From the NCBI GenBank assembly GCA_965644295.1, contig CBFFRP010000342.1, positions 1 through 64,000 of the forward strand: 64,000 bases of DNA, written 5' to 3'. Positions 12,510 through 25,600 of this stretch are shown in pieces. Numbering within the stretch: the first letter of the stretch is position 1; every line of letters begins with the position of its first letter. A model generated the notes under the pieces. The model saw nothing but the letters and a program-made list of their open reading frames with translations. It ran no database searches and had not been told where the DNA came from. A program made the position numbers and the translations under genes. Source of the stretch: Paraphysomonas bandaiensis (lineage: Eukaryota > Protista > Chrysophyceae).

Positions 12510-13577
12510 ATGTTATATATCATATCAATCATTCTCTTATGTCTTATACTCATATCTATCATCTATCTCACACATATTATGCATATCTATCGTCTACATC
12601 AATATAACAATCCATCTACACTCTTTCAAGTAGTTTATGCCTTATACAACACGCATATCGGTCAACTACTTCATTGGAGTTTATTATATTTACAAAAACC
12701 TATAAAACATACTATTTCTTGTCAATCACCTGATGAATATCCCGGTTTTTTAGTATATTATGTCCCATATCTTACAGATAATTATGCATATATTATACAA
12801 GATAAATCTACCTCTAAGATTGCTATAATTGATCCAGCTGATCCTATGAATGTACTGGATATGATGCATACACATGTTGTTTCATCTGAGTTATGTTATG
12901 TATTATGTACACATAAACATATGGATCATGCAGCTGGGAATCACTATATAAGATCACGTTATAGTAATATACGTGTAGTATGTGGACAATATGAACATGT
13001 ATGTGGACAAAACTATACTGCATTAGATGGGGATAGATTGTATTTAGGGAATACAGTGATACAGATTATATATACACCTGGTCATACTGTGGGTCATGTG
13101 TCATACTATGTATCTGAGAAACAGAGTGATGAAGGGGCAGTATTCACAGGTGATACACTGTTTATTGGAGGATGTGGAAGATTTTTTGAAGGTTCTCCAA
13201 AAGATATGTATACATCTCTGTATGATAAGCTATTGCAACTCCCTCCATCCACTGCTGTGTATTGTGGCCATGAATATACTGTATCAAATCTTCAGTTTTG
13301 TGCTCAAGTGGAACCTGAAAATAAACATATACAAAACAAATTGATTTGGGCAGAAACACAAAGATTGCAAAGGAAACCGACTATCCCTTCAACCCTTCAG
13401 GATGAGCTTATGTATAATGTGTTTTTACGTGCTAGAGAGCTTCTGGAGAGTAGAGATACACTACGGTGCTATTTGCTGTCTGAAGCAGGCACAGAGAACG
13501 ATAAGGAGCTTGAAGCAATGGTTATTGGTACACTTAGAAAGTGGAAAGATTCGAAAAAGAGACCTACTTGTATATAA
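12510..13577 (+). CDS. Hydroxyacylglutathione hydrolase (glyoxalase II; HAGH/PNKD family) with an N-terminal hydrophobic anchor
   Basis: Motifs DNYAY, THKHMDHAAG (metallo-beta-lactamase HxHxDH), TPGHTVGH, FTGDTLFIGGCGRFFEG, VYCGHEYT and PTIPSTL; intronless 355-aa ORF. Confidence 0.92.
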   Translation: MLYIISIILLCLILISIIYLTHIMHIYRLHQYNNPSTLFQVVYALYNTHIGQLLHWSLLYLQKPIKHTISCQSPDEYPGFLVYYVPYLTDNYAYIIQDKSTSKIAIIDPADPMNVLDMMHTHVVSSELCYVLCTHKHMDHAAGNHYIRSRYSNIRVVCGQYEHVCGQNYTALDGDRLYLGNTVIQIIYTPGHTVGHVSYYVSEKQSDEGAVFTGDTLFIGGCGRFFEGSPKDMYTSLYDKLLQLPPSTAVYCGHEYTVSNLQFCAQVEPENKHIQNKLIWAETQRLQRKPTIPSTLQDELMYNVFLRARELLESRDTLRCYLLSEAGTENDKELEAMVIGTLRKWKDSKKRPTCI

Positions 13578-14699
13578 ATGTGTCTAGTTTCTTTAAGGCT
13601 GATAATGTGACAAACTGATGTTCTAGCACTAGCAGTTGCTTGTATTCATGCATCGGTATATGTCAATCCCGATTGTAATACCTGATTCCCGTTAGGTTTA
13701 TAACAATAATATCGAATTTATATATAATAAGGATATTTATTGGTGCACCTAACGGTTCGTTGCAGTTTTTTCTTCCATTTTTATTTAGATTGTTCACGCA
13801 TATTTGTTTCTTGTTATAGAGGAGAGATGTCCTTGGAGTCAAGCTAATGTTTATGTGCACAGCAAGGCAGGTTTATGTGCTATAAAATGACTATTATTCC
13901 ATTATGACGTAGCTTCGTCATATACATAGGACGTTTAGACGTTTAGACTTACTATTCATAAAATGTTGTCATACTGTCATATTCAACTACAACGACTAAG
14001 CTAGTATGTGTATGTGTTTAATGTTTATCGGTAGTAGCTATCCTGAATTCTGTGTAACAGTGAAATATAGAATATAAAAACTTCAACAACAGGAGTAGGA
14101 AGAAAATGAAAAAAGAAACTGAAAACATTGGATATGACTTGTAGAGAAAAATATTGGTTTCGGTGATTAATTCGTTGCAAGATTCTCATCACCAAAAAGC
14201 TGTATTTTAAGGTATTCGAATTGTGACCGTTAGTTTAAGAATACAGTAGTTGGAAGCAGTAGTACATAAATCAATGATATGACATATATCAGAAACTAAA
14301 ATACTGTGTAATACTGAGATCAAAAAGATCTGACAATATTGATTAGTAGTAGAGAGAATATAATTGTAGCGAATGTCAATGAATGATAGAGGTGAAGCTG
14401 AATTATATTAGAAGTGATAGTAAAGTTATGTATGATGTTATAGTAATGTTATTATTGCAAAGTATCACACTATGTCTCACAAAGCTCAACTTAAACCACC
14501 CATACATATGTTAAAGCATGACTGATATTAAACTTAATTTAGATTGCTGTTAGGAGTTATTAGCCAACAGTACTTTCCATGATACCAATCTATATCCTAT
14601 TAATGAAAATATGTAGGACTGCAAATTACGTATTCGAACATTCATATTACTTTCACGTGATCGATGAAAGCTCACATTGGTTGATAAGCGTAAATATAC

Positions 14700-15967
14700 T
14701 CAACGTGCCGGCTGTCGTGCCGACGGGGAGCCTGCATAGAGACCAGTTGGTGTGCCTTGAGTGGACATTGGGGAACTGAATTTGGATGGTGTCTTCACCG
14801 GTTCATTTGCAGCGGTACTATCAGCCACAGCGGGTTGCCTCGCTGCAGGGGCACCGGGACCATATCCCCCCCCAGGTCCACCATTTAGGAACTTCGTGGG
14901 GGTTCGTGAACCGCTTCCTCCATCAAAGCTTTTTCGGGATGTTGTCAACACAGGGGTAGATATACCACTGCTGGTTTTAGTAGGCGAGGTATGGAAAGAA
15001 GACCGGCTGCGTCGCGGTGAACCCACAGGAGTACTAGACCGGGGAGTGCTTCTCTTAGATGGAGATTGCTGCGGAGATCCGGGAGGGCCATAGGTCTGGT
15101 AATCCTTAGCGGTGATAACTCCTTTGGTGTTACCTGAATTTGCTCGGGAGTTGTAAGATTTGCGCAGCAAGGTTGTAGGTGGAGAACCCGGACTATCAGA
15201 AATAAAGTATGAGCCAGGGCCTCGGTGAGAAAGGCTGTCATCTCTGGCACCTTCACAAAACTATAGCTCAGAGTTTCCAAGACATTACGCAGTGAAATCA
15301 TACCTGAGAACACCACATCACCTTTTACTACTGTCGATGACGGTGCCAGCCGAGGAGTGGAACCCATGGTCGATCGACCAGCGCTGGCCGGGCGATTTAG
15401 CGATGGGCTGCTGTAGGTTTTATTCAGAGTCGTATTCAGACGTAGAGAATAGTCCTGAGACTCAGAGGGGTGGTACTGTCCTGATACAAATATATATATA
15501 AAAAAAACAAGCACATAAGTAAAAAATGTACCTGGCGAAGGATAATGGCTCCTATCAGGCGAATTTGGAACAGCTAGTCCACTTGCCGTTAGCTAAAGAA
15601 CAAAATAAGAAGATATCAGTAACAAGAGTTGCATATTACATGTCCGCTGATATAGTAGTCACTTCTATCTCTTTCGGATTTTCCTTTGGTCATTGGTTCT
15701 CTTTTACCAGGAGACTTTGGAGTCCATCCATTACTAGTTGGATAAAATATGAGCATGTATATACAGCACAGCTTTCAACATGTTCGATTACCGTTTTTCG
15801 TCTAACTCACGACTGAAATGTGCACCAGGCCCAATATGATCGGCAGTAGATCGCTATAACAACATGATTACTATGAATATTTTATTATAATATAATGTAT
15901 ATATGAACCTTTCCATAATGAGGACTATTTTTTTGAGTCCGAAGATCTGGATAGAATCGTGGTTCAT
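14700..15967 (-). CDS. Multi-exon Ser/Pro/Thr-rich protein, possibly SHIPPO-repeat (STPG/ODF3-like)
   Basis: GT-AG joins from ATG 15967 give a continuous frame with HIGPGAHF, YPSPGQYHP and GYGPGAP, resembling PGPGxY repeats; low-complexity C-terminus. Family assignment is tentative. Confidence 0.5.
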
Positions 15968-16669
15968 CGCCAAATATAGACATACTGAGCACTTATGATG
16001 TCAGAGTGTGTGTAGTTGCTCTATAATGCACTGATATATATATTTATACTATATAGATGTGATAATAAGAATATTTATTGCATTAAATTGCTGATTGCAA
16101 TATTATGGCGATGAGAAATGGCGATATCTTTATATATAGACAACTACACATACACATGTGTGTGTATGTATATATGTATGCCTCACAACAGTAACTGTAA
16201 GAATAATCCGTTTACCGGATTGAGATCCGTATACAGTACGCAAGTGTAGACCGAGGTATATTGAACTGTATTCCAAGAGGTACTCTGTGTGTGTATAGTG
16301 TACAGGGCACTGTACATATAGCACGATAGCAGTGTGAGTAGGTCATACATAAAATCATACGTGCATTACACTTACTGTACGGGATAACAAATACGGATCT
16401 CTGCCCGGATTGTGTAGGTGATACATATAACAATACGTGCATCACACTTATTGTACGGGATAACAATACGGATCTCTGTCCGGGATATCCTCGACCATAT
16501 ATATACATATATACACACATATATATATATATACACACACACTGTGCATACATACATACATAACACACACACTCCACAGTCCTCATCATCTCAATGAACA
16601 TCATCACACACTATCAAAACTTAAATTCTTTATGAAAACAGTGTCATTTTAATACTTCTTCATCTCATA

Positions 16670-19600
16670 ATGAGGATGCTTCATACATATACATACATAC
16701 TACTTCACACACTGATGATACATACATACACATCAGTCACATCAATCAACTGGGAGAATCTTTATGATATTCAATACAAGTAAGTTCATAATAAATTCTT
16801 TTTTATTGATATTATTGTTAATGTATGTATAATTATGGACAGTTACTTTAATAAGACCACTCAGATATCCCCATATGGGGATATTCAGATCTATCTAGTA
16901 AAATATCATCAAGATTGTGATCTATATTGTCATAAACGAATGAAAGATCATATTAATCATGTATGTTTATCATCATATCGTATTATGGATTCGATACATG
17001 CAATCTTTCATTGTCATATACATACTGCTATGAATAAACTCTTGACTGCTGAAGATTTTATTGATAACATTCTGCCAATTGTCCCGGAAGCAAAAATTAG
17101 TCAACGTGTATATAATACACCTCATATAGTTGCTCGAGATACAGAAGTACGAGCAATGTTAAATATGGTCGTGGATATCTCTTTTAACAACAAAAGTGTT
17201 ATCATTCACTCCATAGATGAGGTACTAAAAGAGTTTAGTTTCACATATAGTTCTAGAAGTGTGCTGGAGTTTTTAACGAGTGATAGTAGTACACTTATGG
17301 TCGAAGGTCCAATAGATCATGTTTCTGAACTGGCTCAATACATTGCAATGTTCGAGTTTGTTGAATGGGTAGAACCCGCACTGACACATAATCCACTAAA
17401 TAAATGGGCTACTGGATCATGCCAAAGCGGCGACCCTAATTTACCTGTTATTTACTGGGCCAATATTACAGGTGTTGAATTCACTGGCATTTGTTTTAAT
17501 AAGGTGGTTAGAAATGTGCTCTTGATGTAATTAGAAGCATTGAACATATGGAATATTATATTGTACTATTGAAAGCCTGTATCTCACTTATGCATAGGTG
17601 CCGGGCAGGTAGTGGGAATCGCTGACACCGGTCTAGATGTAAATTCGTGCTTCTTTTTTGACCCTTTGGAGGAAGTTCCTTATAATATGACTAGTATGTC
17701 CCACAAGAAGTTGGTAACGTATATCACCTACGCAGATTACGTTGACAGTGATGGGCACGGTACGCACGTGTCCGGAAGTGCTGCCGGCAAGTGTGATGAC
17801 ACTAAGCAGTCGGTCGGGGAATTTAATGGACTTGCGTATAACGCCAAGGTAAATAGCTTATTGATCTTGCTGTATAACTTCTGGATATAGGTTGCATTTT
17901 TTGATATAGGAACTGGCAGTGGCGATTTCCAAGACCCGGTGGAGCTGATAATTCCGAATGACATCAACGAAAATCTTTGCCAAGTGCTTTTTGATCAGGT
18001 TAGTGTTGGTCATACTCACAGAATATTTAGTTATGTTTTGATGTACTCATTGTATATTTTCGAATGCATAATTTAGAATACTTTAAATCCGCAAATTGTG
18101 TAATTTATTTTGACCACAGGGGGCTAGGGTCATAAACTTGTCGTGGGGCGCCATGACTAATGCTTATACGATACAAGCGCGTGACATTGATCAGTTTATG
18201 TGGTCGCACCCAGAGGCACTGGTTGTGGCTGCGGCGGGTGGGTATGCTGTCGTATTGTGCTATCAGGAGATGTAGACAACTAGATATATTGTAACCATGC
18301 ATCATTGGTGATAGATGTAGCATTTGATTCGTAGCGATTACTTCGTAGGAAATAATGGTGAAAGCAGTTTCGGCAGCATTAATTCCCCTGCCACTTCAAA
18401 GAATTGTGTCTCAGTTGGTGCATCTCTGAACGATAAAGAAAGCTGGGATGATCGAATTTTTGGTAATTTACTATGTGATCGTTGCCTGAGCACTATTACG
18501 CTATGTGGGTGTAGGGATTTCTTATTGTGTTGCTTAATTTGAATATTGAGATATATTACCAATGTGTTTTGTCAGGATCGAATGAGGTGTATTCGTCTAG
18601 TACTCTGGCTGGATTTTCATCCCGAGGCCCTACTTCTGACAATAGAGTGAAGCCTGATATTGTTGCCCCGGGTAGGCTTTGTACTGCCTCTGTTTACATT
18701 TCGTTTTGTAAATGATTTTTCCGTTCATTGTTATTGTGGTGATTGTGTTTGCGCAGGTCAATATATAATATCTGCCGACTCGAGTGAGAAATATAAGTAC
18801 ACATGTGATGTTAAATCCAGTGAAGGGACTTCCTCTGCGTCCCCATTAGTGGCTGCATCCGCCGTGCTTGTACGGCAGTGGTTTGTTGATGGCTATTACC
18901 CGACGGGAGAACGTAATGAAAATCACTCATTCGTGCCTTCCGGTACGTCATAAGCTGCAGATATTCTTGTATATAAACTTACTATATATAACGTAGGTGC
19001 ATTACTGAAAGCAGTTTTGATTCACAGCGGACAAAGTCTCACCGCGATACTTAATAGCGACATGAGTATCACTTCAACAACGTACGGGGACAGCAATCAG
19101 GGATACGGGAGGGTACAACTTGATGAGGTTTTATCGTTTGGATCTGGTTTGAACGGCGATATCGGAATGTATGTAATAGGCTCCGCCTACCGAACTAGTG
19201 AGATGTATAGAGAGATGACCTATACTGATGAGGTCCATGCATATAATATTACTGTCTCAAGCAGTGAAGATCCACTAAAGATAACTTTAGGTACTGCGAA
19301 TGTGCTGTCACGTGATGTATGAAAGTTCTATTATTTTGTGTACATGAGTGGATGTGTTATACTATACTCATTGCATGCCGCAGTCTACACAGACTATCCG
19401 GCAGTAGCGGGAACCGTGAAAGCTCTTGTGAATGATCTTGACATAGTTCTTACCAACGGATCTCACTCCTGGTATTCTCTTCAGTCTGCCGTGAATGCAG
19501 CAGTCTCAGACATCCCAAGTGATAATACTAACAACGTTGAAGTCATTGTACTGCCACAGCCTTACATTCACTGCAACTACACCCTCACTGTTCATGCACG

Positions 19601-20288
19601 TTCTCTTTCACATACTCAGCCTTATGCTCTTGTTATGACGAGTCATATTACTCACCTAAACTACACTCTATCTGATGTCTCATTACCGTCAGAATCGACA
19701 GCCATAAACTGGATAGTGCGAGCTCTTATCGCTGGAGCCATATCTGTGATGGCCCTGACCGTGTTTTATGTACTATGGACCATGGGAGTCTTCAGGCGAC
19801 TCACTTGTATGAGATATGCGTTAAAACGGAAAAGGAAATGGGGTGATAGGACTCAGAAGCAGCCGTCACAGAGCCTCTATGCATCCTCTCTATCGTTTCA
19901 GAGCACCTCCGATGGAGTAAGTTCTCCACAAGCAAGTTGGGTAGCTCAAAGCAGATCCACGGGGACATCGCCTAATGCTGAAATTGCCAAGGTTCGACTG
20001 GAATCGGTGTTGGTATCAGTTGACGATGACGGAGATGGTGCCGAAAAGGACTGGACAGTATTATCGATGCCACAGTGTGAATCCACAGAGGTTTCACATT
20101 TAAGCCAGGGCTGGTCATGTATTACTTCGACACTAAGTTCGAAAGAATTATCGAATGTTGAATTCCAGGAAATACCCTATTCAGAACCACGAAACTATGA
20201 GACAGTTTTGCCACCGAGACGGAGGTCTCACACTAATAGGAATAGGCATTTGCGCGCGAGTGTTGCATCAGTGAAAGATGGTGCATAA
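16670..20288 (+). CDS. Membrane-anchored subtilisin, KP-43/TagC-type S8 peptidase, multi-exon
   Basis: Motifs GQVVGIADTGLD, DGHGTHVSGS, VAFFDIG, AAAGNNG, FSSRGPTSDNRVKPDIVAPG, GTSSASP, LLKAVLIHSG, QGYGR, LVNDLD and NNVEV; TM at ~19710-19790. Start codon inferred. Confidence 0.88.
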
Positions 20289-20744
20289 GTGCTGCTATAG
20301 CGAATGAATTCAAAGAGTTGACTTCCAGTGCTTTGCGCATGTTACAAAAAAAATATAGTTGTCTCCATGCAGAAATGAGACATGGAATCTATAGACACGT
20401 AGTTCATTATTACTACTGCGGAGATACTTCGAATGCACCTGAACCAACTATAGACCAATAGATGTGTAGATGGCTCATGTGCTGCTGACTATTATGGCGT
20501 GAGCTATAAGTGACATAGTGCCTATTAGGACACTAGAGAATGATACTCTGTACATGGTTTTCTTTTGAAAGTGGGATAAAGACTATTTCTGTATATAAAA
20601 GTACTCGTGCTGTAAGTATGTAAATATCGAAAGTGGGTTATTGACTTCAGTACAATGGATTGGGGGTAGTGTGTTAGCACCATTCGTATGTGAATCAGAT
20701 GACGTCAAAATTATTGTGAATTAAAATTATGTGACTTTAGGGTG

Positions 20745-21617
20745 CTGTGAAAACCCTTAGCTACGGCATTGCGCAAGCCCGTCATAACAATCGTAGCTCT
20801 ACTGAACAACCTCTCAACCTTATTGGTTGTGGTATGCAAGTGTTTCATCCGTAACGAGTTTGCTGGTTAAGTCTTGCTCGCTTCCGCCGCTACCTGCTAC
20901 CATCAATCAAACGTTGCGCTCGTCGTCATTCGGAACTAGACTTGCACCGTCATAATCTTCTTCTTTCTCATCGAGCAAAAATGTTTTAGTTTGATCCTTT
21001 GCCGTCCGAGTTACGGCTTCGCTGCCACATTGAATCTTCACGACTGCCTTTTCGAAAGCAGCGTTATGAATAATAGCAGCACTGTCGCCCAGATGACGCT
21101 CAACAATCGGGTGCATTATGAAGGGTTCGTCAATCAATGTACAAACGTCGTGGAGGCCAACAAGATGGTGTTAACCTTACTTCTGTAATTGTACTACACT
21201 TAATTATATAATACAGGACATAATATACATATATATACTCTCTGTATATAGGTGGATAGTCCTACAATTAGACTTTTAACACGTCGGAACCAATCTCGAA
21301 TGATCGCATATGATTAGATAGAAGCAAGTAGCGATCAACCACGGAAAATGTGGAGCCCCTTTTCCTGCAGGACAAATCTTTCCTGCAGAATAGTCTTTCA
21401 CCAATCTTCGATTTTTATCCTAAAAATTGGATTTTTTCACTAAAAATGCCGGTTTTTAACAACTTTTTAGCATAAAATTTTTAATATCAATTAGTTGCAA
21501 TTAATTGACAGTTAATTGAAGCTAGCTGGAGTCAATTATAATTGCAATTATGAATCGATGTCCCAATTTCAATTAATGTAATTTCAATAATTGACAATTA
21601 ATTGATACGCAGCCCTG
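20745..21617 (-). mobile_element. Second decayed hAT-like element (same transposase family) with left terminus
   Basis: Minus strand reads LHDVCTLIDE...HLGDSAAIIHNAAFEKAVVKIQ...VERLFSRATIVMT. Terminus CAGGGCTGCGTATCAAT at 21617, followed by CAATTAATTG subterminal repeats. Confidence 0.65.
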
Positions 21618-22641
21618 GAAGATGGAGGGAAAGATAATTAAAATCAAAATTTTATGGTGTTTAAATCTACTTCAATATACTATAAAAATAAAACAGATGT
21701 GAGAATGACGATGATAAGAGGCTTGTTAATGAAAACGACAATAATTATGAGGAATCTACTACAAAGGGACGAATTCGCGATAGAAACCGATGCTGTTACT
21801 TTCATAAATAGCGTTGGTCGTTGGAAGATATCTGATATATAGCATATATAGCGATACAACCTCCTAGATAGAATCGGGTATATGATATACTATATAGTGT
21901 TACTTAGTTGTTACTAAGTATAATAGTTACTGTTCAATTGTATTATACAAGAATTAGTCTAAAACACTGGAAGTCTGATAGCTGACAGTGTGCATTGTGC
22001 TTGCGCAAACAGTAGAAAAATAATTATGAGAGAGACAAGAATGCTATCTACAAGCACAAACGCGTTATGCATATGTCACAGCACGCTATGCGTATATACA
22101 TGCAATAGTCGTATGTATACAGTAATCGTATGTATGTATACACGGTATTCGTTGGAATGACGAGCGACCTCATACTTCAATTCTCCCCTAGCTACTCTCA
22201 TGACAAAATGTGCAATATATATCGAAGCATACAGCAGAATACTAAGAGAAAACGACAGAAGACTTAGAGTTTCTGCATACTACACTATAGTTATCGTGCG
22301 CAAATACTCAGAGATAGCTGACTATAACGCATTTGAGTCATCGAGAAATAACTAATGTGAACAAACTACTGCCGTGTTTCTGAGCAATTGCAAAGCGAAA
22401 AGAATGCGACTTACTTGGTGTGGTAGTATCTAATAAAGGAGAAATTTCACTCCGAATTCGGTAAATATCCATTCGTTCATACGAAGATTTGGCAGCATTA
22501 GAATAATGAGCAATCATTTACTTATCTAATATTTGAAAACACCACAGCACGCAAACCAGACGCCCTCCATATAGGTGACGACCAATCAATTTTCTTCACA
22601 AAAGTTGTAGTGTTTTTTCTTTCGTGCAATTACAATCCTAT

Positions 22642-25600
22642 TTAGGTCGTATAATACACGTTGGCTAGGCCAAACACCACCTTTGAATACTTAGCCCACT
22701 TTCTAAGACTGTATCCAGCAAACTCAACGGATGTAGCAGGCTCAATATTACTCTCATTGGGTTCTGTCTTTGTCAAGCTAGATTCGTGTAATACAGCATT
22801 ACGTGAACGAGTTGTCGCCTCCAATACTGATGCAGATCCTGTTGAAAATTCTTTCCAAAACGTTGTCGCGAAATTTTCCAACACTGTTGGAGTTGTACAC
22901 CATTGGTTCGAAACTACGCAAGACACCCCGACCAGTGAATAAAGAACACTCGCAGCTAAGGGACTCTCGTGTGCTATATCACTAGCAGTCTTGCGGCTAT
23001 CAACTGCCAGCTGACGTCGATAGCTTCCGTCCGTTTGTGTCATATCTGCAACTATCATAACAGCGACTCGCGACATATCAATGTTTACGAGCTCCTTCGG
23101 AGTAATCAAACTACCAACAACTTTTCCTGGGGCATATGCGAAAACGACTCTGTCATATGTTGGAGATGGGGATTCACAAACAGATATGAAATCTTGTAGA
23201 GACAGACCTCCTCCCCGCCGCTGTGTTGGCACGGCATGAGCCCATTTCTCCCCACTAGGTACGACTTGTGTCTGAATACTGTGTACAACATTCGCTATAC
23301 AAGTGCGAGATTTCGGCGGAACGGTCATGTCCCTCGGTGATCGGGGAGAATGTTCTCTGTCACTGGTATCTCCACGCCCGGTGTTAGGTGTCTTATTTTT
23401 ATTGGGGTCATCTCCGAATGGATCAACAATGCAATACACATCCGTCGAAGCAACACTCATTCTATCTGACGATTCTGGGGCGAATTTCATTCGATTACCA
23501 AAAATATGAACAGAAAAGTCTCTACTGATATTGCCACCAAATTTCTCCATACACGGCAGTGCCTCAAACGGAAGTGATTGCATACACTCATCACCCATCA
23601 GCAATATCACATTAGGCGATAAAACTACAGGTGGAGCGGCATCTTTAGCTGCCTTCTTACCAGATGTGACTTTGGGTGATACCGCAGGTACCTCATTGAA
23701 TTCTTCCAATTGCTGATTTATGAAGTAGTCGATTTCACTACCTGGTCCAATCAACGGGTTAAGCAATGTGCTTAAGTGCTCCACGAGAGATCTTAACTCC
23801 TCTTCGAGTGCATGCTCTGCTTTAAGTAAGGTCCTCTGGGCCTCGCTCAACTGCTGATTACTAAGCCTATCGCTGTAACCGTCAAAATCCATATCCTCCA
23901 CCATACCTTCGCCGTATGTGGTAACCAACTTTGTAGTCTGTTCTACCCACAACGCATGCTGAGCAGCCAATACTTGGAATTCACGGCGTTTAGTTTCATC
24001 GAACACCATCTGTACACAAGATGAATATGTAGCCCGCATAGAAAGTAAGAATATTACCTTATCAACATACCAGACTCCTGGGAGACGTTCCATACGTTCA
24101 TCTCCAGATTCATCGGAATCATTCTGCTCTATTTGCACCTTCGGAAAGCCCGCACATGCATAAAGAGTGCGCCTCAAGGGACAAAACTGTAGCGATAAAA
24201 CGCACGTTTTCGGTGACAAAAATGGGGATTGTAATATATTCATCGGCCGTTCCGTAATAGACAGTCTATATACAAAGGTCATTAAAGAAATTGCGAACGG
24301 CAAGATACAAAATGTTATCACGATTTGATAACAAACTTCTATAAGCTCTTGAGATACGTAATATCTATACGAAATTGTACCTTTGCCACACAGGACTGGA
24401 TGCCTGAAGAAAACTATACTCTGCATCAAGGCGTCGCTGTATCTTTGATCGCGACGAAATGTGCTGCCCAAGAAGGGATTCGATGCGATTAAGAGAACAC
24501 GCAGTCTCACAAGAAGGACTCAGTACACTACGCCACATGCCATATAACCACTCTCTGGCAACAATGCTTTGATACGTCAACATATAAGATGCTGTTGTCG
24601 ATGGGTGGCGTTTCCCAGAACATTCCGTTAGGTACAATGCGCCCATTCGCAATCCTTTAAAATACCGTGCTCCTTGTGTGCGATACAAAGCTTGTATCAC
24701 CTGAGCTTCTAGTTCACGAATCATTACAATGTCTTCTTCCTTCGACAATTGCTTCGCACGGTGTCCAGCATTGGAACCCACAGACACTTCGTCACCTATA
24801 TTGCCATCGCTGGGTGAATCGTCCCCAACATCTAATATTCTGTGCCAAATGGTGCACAACGACGATACTGATTCACCGGCTTCTATTCTACTAGCCAATC
24901 TACATGTATTGTAAACAATGTTTGACTCAATGCACTCACTCCAGTCATTCATCCATTCACATGTTGATGCGGATAACACCAAGCATCTGTCAACCGCAGA
25001 CGGGTGAAAACTAGCAACGTTCGACTTCGTTGCTTTCGCAGTGGATGGCCGGCATTGTTCCAGGTACTTTTCGATCGCATTGAGCTTCCCAGATGGGTCT
25101 CCTACCACGGGAGGAGGGATATAAACTGCTCGAAGAATATTGAGATGCAGTAATACATCTTCTAGATCTATCTGGAGTCTTGAAATCGATCTCATTATAT
25201 TCGATGAAAGAGTTAATCGTTTAGAATGAAGAGTACTATCAGAGCCCTCGGATGTCGAGCTATCAGACACCATATATATGACTTCGCTTAAAGGTACGCG
25301 TGTATGCATGCCCGTATATATATCGAGCGCAGCTTCTAACTTACTTGCGATGGAACTGTACATTTGATCAATCCAAATTACATAGGCTGTCTCGTTATCT
25401 GCGCCAGTAGACTTGGATTGTATGCAATGAAAAGCGGTGTACAGTGTGAAGAGTACGTTTCCTGTCTTATGAAGAACTCTTGCATGCAGAATAGAACGTT
25501 CACCGTCTGTAGCCACGGCAAGGGTCTCACATTTCTCGAGCACACTCTCAATTTGAGACGTGTCGAAAAACTTCAATGCGAATGAGTTCTTCACATCTGT

